Part shown: piece after piece, positions 1-7,156 of the stretch
Layout of the letters: each line of letters opens with the position of its first letter
Position numbering within the stretch: the first letter of the stretch is position 1
NCBI GenBank assembly: GCA_038205935.1
Contig: JBBRBK010000056.1
Location: forward strand, 1-12,404
Source: Campylobacterales bacterium
Lineage (GTDB): Bacteria; Campylobacterota; Campylobacteria; Campylobacterales; Sulfurimonadaceae
Direction: 5' to 3'
Length of the DNA: 12,404 nucleotides
Program-made: the position numbers and the translations under genes
Notes under the pieces: generated by a model
Databases searched by the model: none
What the model was told of the DNA's origin: nothing
What the model saw: the letters and a program-made list of their open reading frames with translations, nothing else

Positions 1-619
1 GGGATATGTGGGATTTGAGCAGGGCGGACTCTTAACTGAGGCCGCGAAAAAGCATCCATATATGGTTTTATTACTCGATGAGATAGAAAAAGCACATCCT
101 GATTTGGTAAATATTTTACTTCAAGTGATGGATAGCGCGACACTTACGGACAATAATGGCTTTAAAGCGAACTTCAAAAATGTCATACTCATTATGACTT
201 CCAATGTTGGTGCAAGTGAGCGTAATGTGATGGGCTTTAATGCAGATAGTTCACTCTCTCGCGGTGAGGCTTTAAAATCGTTTTTTACGCCAGAGTTTAG
301 AAATCGTTTGGACGGGATTGTAGAATTTAAATCTCTAAAAATGGATATAGTCGAGCGCATTGTCAGAAAATTCATCAACAATATAAATAAAGAGCTTGCT
401 AAGAAAAAAATAGCCTTACATGTAAGCGATAAAGCGATAGGTTATATTGCGCAGATGGGTTATGACAAAGAGATGGGCGCACGTCCATTGGTACGTTTTA
501 TCCAAGAAAATGTTAAAAATCCGCTCACTGATGAGATGCTCTTTGGCAAACTTAAAAATGGTGGCGATGTAGATATAGACTTTGATGAAAAGTTGACGTT
601 TGAATATAAAGAGAAGTAG
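1..619 (+). CDS. clpA: ATP-dependent Clp protease ATP-binding subunit ClpA, C-terminal part (AAA-2 and D2-small domains); 5'-truncated by the window edge
   Basis: The frame from position 2 reads GYVGFEQGGLLTEA (Hsp100 pore loop GYVG), Walker B LLLDEIEKAHPD, ILIMTSN, FTPEFRNRLD and MGARPL. The GTG at 8 is an internal Val, not the start. Adjacency to aat favours ClpA over ClpB/ClpC. Confidence 0.9.
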   Translation, partial: GYVGFEQGGLLTEAAKKHPYMVLLLDEIEKAHPDLVNILLQVMDSATLTDNNGFKANFKNVILIMTSNVGASERNVMGFNADSSLSRGEALKSFFTPEFRNRLDGIVEFKSLKMDIVERIVRKFINNINKELAKKKIALHVSDKAIGYIAQMGYDKEMGARPLVRFIQENVKNPLTDEMLFGKLKNGGDVDIDFDEKLTFEYKEK

Positions 620-622
620 TCT

Positions 623-1297
623 TTGCAAATTCCTCGTCTTTCTTATCAGCTAACTTTCCCAGACCCTAGAGATGCCTCCGAGGATGGCATCGTAGCTTAC
701 GGCGGCGATCTTTCTCCATCACGTCTTATACGCGCTTACCAAAATGGGATTTTCCCGTGGTACGCCAAAGGCGACCCAATCCTTTGGTGGTCTCCAAATC
801 CCCGTTTTATCTTAGAGCTCTCTGATTTTAAACTTCGTCCTTCACTCAAAAAAAGAATGAAACATTTTACATACAAGTTTGACTTTGCATTTTTAGATGT
901 CATCACCGAGTGCTCAAAAGTCCCACGCGAGGGACAAGATGGTACATGGATCCAACCTGAGATAATAGAAGCGTATAATGTTCTCTACGGAATGGGAAAA
1001 GCGCACAGCGTGGAAGCATATCAAGATGGTATACTTGTCGGAGGAGCTTATGGTGTTGTTGTTGGTGGAGTGTTTTGCGGAGAGAGTATGTTTGCAAGAG
1101 TAAATGACGCTTCCAAAGCTGCTTTTGCTGTTTTGGTGGAACACTTAAAAGAGTGGGGATACGACTTTATAGACTGCCAAGTTCCCACTCCGCATCTGCT
1201 GAGTTTAGGCGCAAAAGAGGTTACACGTGGGCACTTCTTAAGTCGTTTAAAGAGTGTTGTGTTTGAAGAAATAAATCATGAATGGAGAGTAAAATGA
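623..1297 (+). CDS. aat: Leucyl/phenylalanyl-tRNA--protein transferase
   Basis: Motifs GGDLSPSRLIRAYQNGIFPW, ILWWSPNPR, TWI, AHSVE, FCGESMF, DASKAA and IDCQVPTPHLLSLGA. TTG start 3 nt after the clpA stop. Confidence 0.95.
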   Translation: MQIPRLSYQLTFPDPRDASEDGIVAYGGDLSPSRLIRAYQNGIFPWYAKGDPILWWSPNPRFILELSDFKLRPSLKKRMKHFTYKFDFAFLDVITECSKVPREGQDGTWIQPEIIEAYNVLYGMGKAHSVEAYQDGILVGGAYGVVVGGVFCGESMFARVNDASKAAFAVLVEHLKEWGYDFIDCQVPTPHLLSLGAKEVTRGHFLSRLKSVVFEEINHEWRVK

Positions 1298-1857
1298 AAT
1301 TAGTAAAATTGTTTTTAGTGATGGTAACGGCGGTAACGATGTTTTCTGGATTTTGGTCTGGGAAAAGCAACATGGATATAAGAGAAGAGCGTTTAAATAC
1401 AAGTAAAGAAACACTAGGCTTGGTTTATAAATATGCACCAGATTCAAAGCAGATGATAGCTAATGCGTACGGTTACGCGACATTTTCCAATCTTGGAGTC
1501 AATCTCATCTTACTTTCAGCCGAGGGCGGAAAAGGTGTTGCACATAACAACCAAAGTGGACAAAATATCTATATGAATATGGCTTCAGGCGGAGTTGGAT
1601 TTGGACTTGGTGTGAAAGATTTTAGAATTATATTTATCTTCGAAAACAAGAAAGTTTTTGATAATTTTGTAACAAATGGCTGGGAAGCAAATGCTCAAGC
1701 AGACGCGGCAATAAAAGCTGGAAATGAAGGCGGAGCATTAAACGCTGCCATAACAGTTGAACCGGGTGTAAGAATCTACAAACTCACGCAAAACGGACTC
1801 GCTCTTCAAGCGACCATACAAGGAACGAAATATTGGAAAGATGGGGATCTAAACTAA
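1294..1857 (+). CDS. Exported YSC84/SYLF-like (lipid-binding family) protein, 187 aa
   Basis: Motifs AYGYATFSNLG, GGKGV, YMNMASGGVGFGLG, IIFIFE, GLALQATIQGTKYWKD. The start is more likely ATG 1294 than 1282: GGAG at 1284-1287 lies 6 nt upstream, it forms an ATGA overlap with the aat stop, and it gives a signal-like N-terminus MKLVKLFLVMVTAVTMFSG. Confidence 0.75.
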   Translation: MKLVKLFLVMVTAVTMFSGFWSGKSNMDIREERLNTSKETLGLVYKYAPDSKQMIANAYGYATFSNLGVNLILLSAEGGKGVAHNNQSGQNIYMNMASGGVGFGLGVKDFRIIFIFENKKVFDNFVTNGWEANAQADAAIKAGNEGGALNAAITVEPGVRIYKLTQNGLALQATIQGTKYWKDGDLN

Positions 1858-1942
1858 GAAAGAGTCGAAAAGCTAATTTTGTGTTCACAATGTGTAAAAA
1901 AGATAAATAATATGAATAATTCTTTAGTCCAATAAACATGAC

Positions 1943-1964
1943 TTAAGCTAAATCCATTTATACT
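1943..1964 (+). promoter_or_regulatory. Putative RpoD (sigma70/sigma80) promoter of the DUF3015-like gene
   Basis: TTAAGC (1943-1948), a 10-nt spacer, then TATACT (1959-1964). The same geometry occurs upstream of lysA. RBS AAGGA at 1983-1987. Confidence 0.6.
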
Positions 1965-1994
1965 AGCCTAGATTTTAAATTAAAGGATGTGACA

Positions 1995-2441
1995 ATGAAA
2001 AAGATTTTATTAGGTGCGGTAGTAGCGTTAGCTTTGGCAACGACAGGTTCAGCGACGGTAAATGATCAGACTGGTTGTGGTCTTGGTGCGATGATAATCA
2101 GAGATAACTCATCAGCTGTAATGCTAGCACTTCAAGCTACAACAAACGGTATCTTTGGAAACCAGACTTTTGGTATCACTTCAGGAACACTTGGCTGTAA
2201 ACAAGCAACATTTGTAATGAATGATAGAGCATCTGAGTTTGTTGCATCAAATATGGATCAACTTGCAAGCGAAATCTCAAAAGGGCATGGTGAGTCTGTA
2301 GATACTTTGGCAGAACTTTTAAATGTTCAAGATAAAACAGCTTTTGCTTCGGCTCTTCAAGCGAACTATAATAATATCTACGCATCTCAAAATGCAAAGA
2401 TGTCAGACGTACTTGACAACATCTCAACTACTGTACTTTAA
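1995..2441 (+). CDS. DUF3015-family small secreted protein, 148 aa
   Basis: Signal peptide MKKILLGAVVALALATTGSA, then TGCGLG, ATTNGIFGNQTFGITSGTLGC, F..SNMDQLASEISKGHGE..TLAELL. ATG 1995 is 7 nt after AAGGA; the GTG at 1989 is too close to the RBS. Confidence 0.8.
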   Translation: MKKILLGAVVALALATTGSATVNDQTGCGLGAMIIRDNSSAVMLALQATTNGIFGNQTFGITSGTLGCKQATFVMNDRASEFVASNMDQLASEISKGHGESVDTLAELLNVQDKTAFASALQANYNNIYASQNAKMSDVLDNISTTVL

Positions 2442-2449
2442 TGCGACTT

Positions 2450-2482
2450 AACTAGGCGAATCTTTTCGCTTAGTTCCTTTTT
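2450..2482 (+). terminator. Rho-independent terminator downstream of the DUF3015-like gene
   Basis: AACTAGGCGAA (2450-2460), loop TCTT, TTCGCTTAGTT (2465-2475): an 11-bp stem with one G:U pair, followed by CCTTTTT. Confidence 0.75.
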
Positions 2483-2499
2483 ATAATCTTCACTTAGGA
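2482..2499 (+). promoter_or_regulatory. Possible -10 box (TATAAT 2482-2487) and RBS (AGGA 2496-2499) of the DUF4105-like gene
   Basis: A perfect TATAAT directly follows the terminator T-tract. AGGA lies 6 nt before the in-frame ATC at 2506. Confidence 0.45.
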
Positions 2500-2505
2500 T
2501 TTTTC

Positions 2506-4323
2506 ATCAAATATTTTCATATTATTTTTTTCTTATTTTTGAGTTTCTCTTTTGCCTATGCAGATATTCAAGAATATCAAAAAAAAGCTGATGCACTTCA
2601 TCTCTCAGATGAAAGGTATTGGCATCTTTTACTCCATTTTACAGGTAAAGAGAGTGAGATAGATGATCCAAAGTTTTTCTTCGCAAAAGACGGAAAAACT
2701 TCTCCACAAAGCGAACTTCATGCGACTATAGATGCTTTTTACAATGAAACAAGACTGGATGACAATTCGAGTGCATGTAGATTTCCTGCTCGTTTAGAAT
2801 GGCTCAAAGAAAAACTTGAGCTTAAAGATCTTCCAATCGTTACATGTAAGAAGTATGATGAGATAGTCAAGAAGCTTGATCCAAAATCTGTGACTCTTGT
2901 TTTTCCAGCCGCGCATATTAACTCTCCTGCATCGATGTTTGGACACACTTTTTTGCGTATTAATTCATCATATAACTCTAAACTGCTTTCGTATGCCATC
3001 AACTACGCAGCCGCAGCAGATCCAGATAAAGAAAATGGAATTATATTTGCCATGAAAGGTTTGACTGGCGGCTATTATGGGACGTATTCTCTTTTGCCCT
3101 ATTACGAAAAACTCAAAGAATATCGCGATACGGAAGCGCGCGATATTTGGGAATATGATCTTGACTTGACGCCGCAAGAGACAAAGAAGATGTTGCGTCA
3201 TATCTGGGAACTTAGCGATACTTCTTCCTTTTACTATTTTTTTACTGAAAATTGTTCTTACAATATGCTGTGGCTTTTAGAGGTTGCGCGTCCATCTTTG
3301 CACCTGAGAGAAAACTTCAGATATCAGGTTATTCCACTTGAGACCGTACATGTCATAGAAGAACAAAATCTCGTAAAAGAAAAAAGCTACAGAGCATCGA
3401 AGAGAACTGAACTTTTAGCATATGAAAAAGTATTGGGTGAAGATGCAAAAGAGAAAACTTTAAAACTTGTGGATGAAAAGATAGCTTTGCAAGATATTAT
3501 CGAAGATACAAATCTGAGTTTAGAACAAAAGCAGGTTGTTTTAGAAGCTGCAATCGATCTTTTAGAATACAAACTTATGCAAGGTAAAATAAAAAAAGAG
3601 CAGTATATAAAACGTTTTTACGAGATCTCAAGTGCTCGGGCATCTTTAGGTAAAGGCAAGCCGTTGGAGATCTTTACACCTCCAAATCCAGACATTGGAA
3701 ATAGAGCTCTGCGTACCTCTGTGGCCCAAGGATGGCGTGATGGAAAATCTATCCAATACCTAGGATTGCGTCCTGCATATCACGATATACGCGATAGTAG
3801 TGTAGGTTTTATGCGTGGAACTCAGATCGAGTTTTTAGATTTTGAGATGAGTTATAGTGATCATAAAATTCAGTTGGAAAAAGCCACCTTAGTTTCACTC
3901 GAATCTTTGTCTCAAAGAAGCACATTTTTTCCAGAGTTTTCTTGGCGGATGAAAACGGGATTTGATAAAAACTTTATGGATAATGATGCACATTATATTT
4001 TTACAGTGGGTGCAGGATATAGTTGGGGAAATGACTATGGTTATCTCTATGCTCTAGCAGATCCTTTTACCTATTTTAATGCAAATCTGCAAACAGGAGT
4101 AGGGAGTTCAGTTGGTGTTGTTTTAGATAAATCAGAAAACTTTACGACAAATTTAGAGCTGACACACCGATGGTATTATGCTCAAAAAAATCAGTGGCTT
4201 GCAAACGTGAGTGAAAATTACAGAGTAAATAAGAAAATTTCATTGCAGTTTTCTTATGAATATAAAGACAAAGAGATAACTCCCCAAAAGAGTTATAAAG
4301 TTGCACTCAATTACTTTTTTTAA
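2506..4323 (+). CDS. DUF4105 (Lnb N-terminal-like, His...Asn-Cys permuted papain-like) domain protein with a probable C-terminal outer-membrane beta-barrel, about 605 aa
   Basis: Motifs YWHLLLH, FFFAKDG, CRFPARLEWL, SPASMFGHTFLRI, R.IWEYDL.L, YYFFTENCSY and LRPAYHD. The C-terminal third has alternating hydrophobic/aromatic strands and ends YKVALNYFF. The ORF track starts at TTG 2539, but extension to ATC 2506 gives a full signal peptide (M)KYFHIIFFLFLSFSFAYA-D. The start position is inferred. Confidence 0.78.
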   Translation: MKYFHIIFFLFLSFSFAYADIQEYQKKADALHLSDERYWHLLLHFTGKESEIDDPKFFFAKDGKTSPQSELHATIDAFYNETRLDDNSSACRFPARLEWLKEKLELKDLPIVTCKKYDEIVKKLDPKSVTLVFPAAHINSPASMFGHTFLRINSSYNSKLLSYAINYAAAADPDKENGIIFAMKGLTGGYYGTYSLLPYYEKLKEYRDTEARDIWEYDLDLTPQETKKMLRHIWELSDTSSFYYFFTENCSYNMLWLLEVARPSLHLRENFRYQVIPLETVHVIEEQNLVKEKSYRASKRTELLAYEKVLGEDAKEKTLKLVDEKIALQDIIEDTNLSLEQKQVVLEAAIDLLEYKLMQGKIKKEQYIKRFYEISSARASLGKGKPLEIFTPPNPDIGNRALRTSVAQGWRDGKSIQYLGLRPAYHDIRDSSVGFMRGTQIEFLDFEMSYSDHKIQLEKATLVSLESLSQRSTFFPEFSWRMKTGFDKNFMDNDAHYIFTVGAGYSWGNDYGYLYALADPFTYFNANLQTGVGSSVGVVLDKSENFTTNLELTHRWYYAQKNQWLANVSENYRVNKKISLQFSYEYKDKEITPQKSYKVALNYFF

Positions 4324-4333
4324 AAATAAAGAT

Positions 4334-4355
4334 TTGAATTGAAAAATGCTATAAT
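4334..4355 (+). promoter_or_regulatory. Putative RpoD promoter of tal-pilT
   Basis: Extended -10 TGCTATAAT (4347-4355), with TTGAAT at 4334-4339 ten nt before the hexamer. RBS-like AGGGTG at 4373-4378. Confidence 0.7.
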
Positions 4356-4382
4356 CATTTAAAATAGATATTAGGGTGTTAT

Positions 4383-5363
4383 ATGGTTATTGAAGAACTA
4401 AAATTTTCGTTGTGGGCTGATTTTATCGAACGTGATTATTTGGATAATGAATTTAAAGAGCTTATAAACTCTGGTGTTATCAATGGTGCGACGAGTAATC
4501 CTGCAATCTTTAAAAATGCGATTCTTTCATCTCCTGCGTATAAAGAGCAACTTGCAACTTTAAGTGGATTTTCTCCAAAAGAAAAGTACGAGGCTGTAGC
4601 GATTTTTGATATTCAAAAGGCAGCTGATATCTTAAAACAGCTCTATGATAAGGGTGATGACGGTTATGTAAGTATAGAAGTTGATCCGTTTCTTTGTGAT
4701 GATGCACAGGCGAGCATAGAAGAAGGAAAACGCTTACATGTAAGCATAAATAGACCAAATGTTATGATAAAAATTCCGGCGACGACGGCAGGATATGAGG
4801 CGATGGAAGAGCTTGTTGCTTCTGGCATTGCTGTCAATGCAACACTGATCTTTTCAAAAGAGCAAGCTGTCTCTTGTGCAAAAGCATTTCAAAGAGGACT
4901 AGAAAAATCAGGTTCTTCCGTAGATACGGTCATAAGTGTTTTTGTTAGTCGAATAGATCGGGCATTAGATACGATTTTAGAATCAAAAAATATTACTCCA
5001 TCTCTTGCTGGAGTTTATAATGCCGCAAGCATATATAACAGCGTAGAAGCCTTACAAGTAAGCCGTTGTCGTACACTTTTTGCGAGCACGGGGGTCAAAG
5101 GTGATAATCTAAGAGCTTCTTATTATGTAGATGAGCTTTTAGCATATAATAGTGTCAATACGGCTCCGATAGATACTATTAAAGCCTATATAAAAGGTCA
5201 GGATAAATCAGCGAAGCTTCCTATCTCGCAAGAAAAAATAGATGCTTTTTTTGAAGAGATAAAAAGTGTTGGAATTGATTTTGATGAAGTTGTGCGTGTT
5301 CAGATAGAAGATGGACTCGAAGCATTTAAAGTTGCATTTAAAGAGATATTGGAGAATTTATGA
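4383..5363 (+). CDS. tal: Transaldolase (Campylobacter/Helicobacter-type)
   Basis: SLWADFIER, GATSNPAIF, GYVSIEVDP, Schiff-base Lys in NVMIKIPAT, VNATLIFS, VISVFVSRID, LFASTGVK, VNTAP. Confidence 0.95.
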   Translation: MVIEELKFSLWADFIERDYLDNEFKELINSGVINGATSNPAIFKNAILSSPAYKEQLATLSGFSPKEKYEAVAIFDIQKAADILKQLYDKGDDGYVSIEVDPFLCDDAQASIEEGKRLHVSINRPNVMIKIPATTAGYEAMEELVASGIAVNATLIFSKEQAVSCAKAFQRGLEKSGSSVDTVISVFVSRIDRALDTILESKNITPSLAGVYNAASIYNSVEALQVSRCRTLFASTGVKGDNLRASYYVDELLAYNSVNTAPIDTIKAYIKGQDKSAKLPISQEKIDAFFEEIKSVGIDFDEVVRVQIEDGLEAFKVAFKEILENL

Positions 5364-6562
5364 ATCAATCACCAGTTAATAGTCAAGTAGATATTTCACA
5401 GCTTACTTTTGAGACACTAAAAAAGGTAAGAGCCTATCTCAAACGAATGATAGATGCAGGTGGAAGTGACTTACATGTAAAGGCAAACTCAGTTATTCGC
5501 GCTCGTATCAATGGAGAGATTATTCCACTCTCAGGAGAAATATTTTCTCATGCAGATTCTTTGAATTTTGCAAAAGAGCTTTTACGTGGACGATTTGGTG
5601 AGTTTGTTGAAAACAAAGAGCTTGACCTTATTTATCCTTTTGATGAAAAAAACCGTTTTCGTGTAAATATTTTCTTTCAAATGGATGGCGTTTCGGCTGT
5701 CTTTCGTGTCATTCCGATAAAAATTTTAACTGTAGATGAGCTTTTATTGCCAAAAGTAGTACATCAGTTTACAGCTGCTGAACGTGGACTTATTTTAGTG
5801 ACTGGAGTTACGGGAAGTGGAAAATCAACGACACTTGCAGCGCTTATTAATGAGATTAACTGGACAAGACGTAAGCATATTATTACTATTGAAGATCCGA
5901 TCGAGTTTGTTCATAAAGATAGAAAATGTATCGTCAATCAAAGAAGTGTCGGTCAAGACACAAAATCGTTTGCTGCGGCTTTGCGTGCAGCACTTCGTGA
6001 AGATCCGGATATCATCCTTGTTGGAGAGATGCGTGATAGAGAAACGATAGAAATAGCTTTACATGCAGCTGACACAGGTCACCTTGTTTTTTCAACTTTA
6101 CATACTTTAGATGCAAAAGAAACAGTCAATCGTATTATCTCAACTTTTCCAACAAATGAGCAAAACAGAATTCGTCTAACGCTTGGAGGTGTTTTGAAAG
6201 GGGTTATTTCTCAGCGTCTTATTCAAACGGTTGATAATAAACGTATTGCAGCACTTGAAGTTTTGGTGCGTACTCCTCGTATTGAGCAACTTATAAAAGA
6301 AAATCGTGATGATGAAATTGTTGATACGATGGCAGAGGGAAAAGAGATTTATGGCTCCCAAACCTTTGATCAGGCAATTTTGGATCTCTATAGAACGGGT
6401 AAAATTACCCAAGAAAAAGCATTTGAAAATGCGACTTCTCCTTCAGATTTGAAATTAAAAATGGAGGGCTTTGATGATAAAATTGTTCTTCCTTCTAATG
6501 AACAGGAACAAAAAACGAAAAAAGAGTACAGAGAAGATGAAATTTTCGGGCTAAAAGAGTAA
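5360..6562 (+). CDS. pilT: PilT/PilU-family type IV pilus retraction-like ATPase
   Basis: GSDLH, RFRVNIF, Walker A GVTGSGKST, Asp box TIEDPIE, Walker B LREDPDIILVGEMRD, His box TGHLVFSTLH. ATGA overlap with tal; GGAG RBS at 5351-5354. Confidence 0.85.
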   Translation: MNQSPVNSQVDISQLTFETLKKVRAYLKRMIDAGGSDLHVKANSVIRARINGEIIPLSGEIFSHADSLNFAKELLRGRFGEFVENKELDLIYPFDEKNRFRVNIFFQMDGVSAVFRVIPIKILTVDELLLPKVVHQFTAAERGLILVTGVTGSGKSTTLAALINEINWTRRKHIITIEDPIEFVHKDRKCIVNQRSVGQDTKSFAAALRAALREDPDIILVGEMRDRETIEIALHAADTGHLVFSTLHTLDAKETVNRIISTFPTNEQNRIRLTLGGVLKGVISQRLIQTVDNKRIAALEVLVRTPRIEQLIKENRDDEIVDTMAEGKEIYGSQTFDQAILDLYRTGKITQEKAFENATSPSDLKLKMEGFDDKIVLPSNEQEQKTKKEYREDEIFGLKE

Positions 6563-6565
6563 CTT

Positions 6566-6587
6566 ATTTAATTATTTTAGGTATAAT
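6566..6587 (+). promoter_or_regulatory. Putative RpoD promoter of rplY-pth-lptG
   Basis: TATAAT at 6582-6587 preceded by an AT-rich tract. RBS AAGGA at 6607-6611. Confidence 0.65.
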
Positions 6588-6617
6588 TCCACCCATTTTT
6601 AAAATTAAGGATTTAGT

Positions 6618-7154
6618 ATGTTAGAAGGCATAATTAGAGAGAGTATCGGTAAACGTGGTACAAATGCGTTGCGTCGTGATGGATATCTAATTGCAAACAT
6701 TTACGGAAGAGGGATAGATAATATCCATGCTGCATTTAAACAAAATGAGTATATCCGTACTGTTCGCAACAAAGAGACTATCGCGTTTCCAGTAAAAGTT
6801 AATGGAAATGAGATGAATGTTGTTGTTCAATCATACGAATCTCACCCAGTAACAGGTGTATTATTACATGTTGATCTTATGATCGCTCAAACAGGCTTAC
6901 AAGCACATTACTTTATTCCAGTAACTACTGCTGGTGTAGCATTTGGTCTTAAAAACAAAGGTATGGTAAATATCTCAAAAAGACGTTTACGTGTTAAAGC
7001 TGCTATAGAAGATCTTCCTAAAGCAATCGTAGTAGATGTTACAAAAATGGACGTAGGCGATTCTAAAATGATTCGTGACCTTGATCCAATTGCAAATGTA
7101 ACTTTTACAGACTCTGATCGTGTTGCTGTAGTATCTATTATTAAAGCGAAATAA
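6618..7154 (+). CDS. rplY: 50S ribosomal protein L25 / general stress protein Ctc (bL25)
   Basis: MLEGIIRESIGK..LRRDGYLIANIYG, HPVTG.LLHVDL, LP.AI.VDVT.MDVGD. Located directly before pth, the usual arrangement. Confidence 0.95.
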   Translation: MLEGIIRESIGKRGTNALRRDGYLIANIYGRGIDNIHAAFKQNEYIRTVRNKETIAFPVKVNGNEMNVVVQSYESHPVTGVLLHVDLMIAQTGLQAHYFIPVTTAGVAFGLKNKGMVNISKRRLRVKAAIEDLPKAIVVDVTKMDVGDSKMIRDLDPIANVTFTDSDRVAVVSIIKAK

Positions 7155-7156
7155 TC

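Noticed and set aside
8..10. GTG start for the first ORF
   Set aside because: It is the Val of the conserved GYVG loop; clpA begins upstream of the window.
1901..1925. Fur-box-like AT-rich stretch (GATAAATAATATGAATAATTC)
   Set aside because: It is a poor match to the GATAATGATAATCATTATC consensus and is expected by chance in AT-rich DNA.
1858..1994. Possible sRNA or small ORF in the longest intergenic region
   Set aside because: No stable hairpin, terminator or RBS-led ORF is visible; promoter elements explain the region.
1995..2090. DUF3015-like protein as a classical lipoprotein through TGC
   Set aside because: The Cys is separated from the hydrophobic core by polar residues (TVNDQTG-C), and an SPI-like site (GSA|T) comes earlier, so it is not a canonical lipobox.
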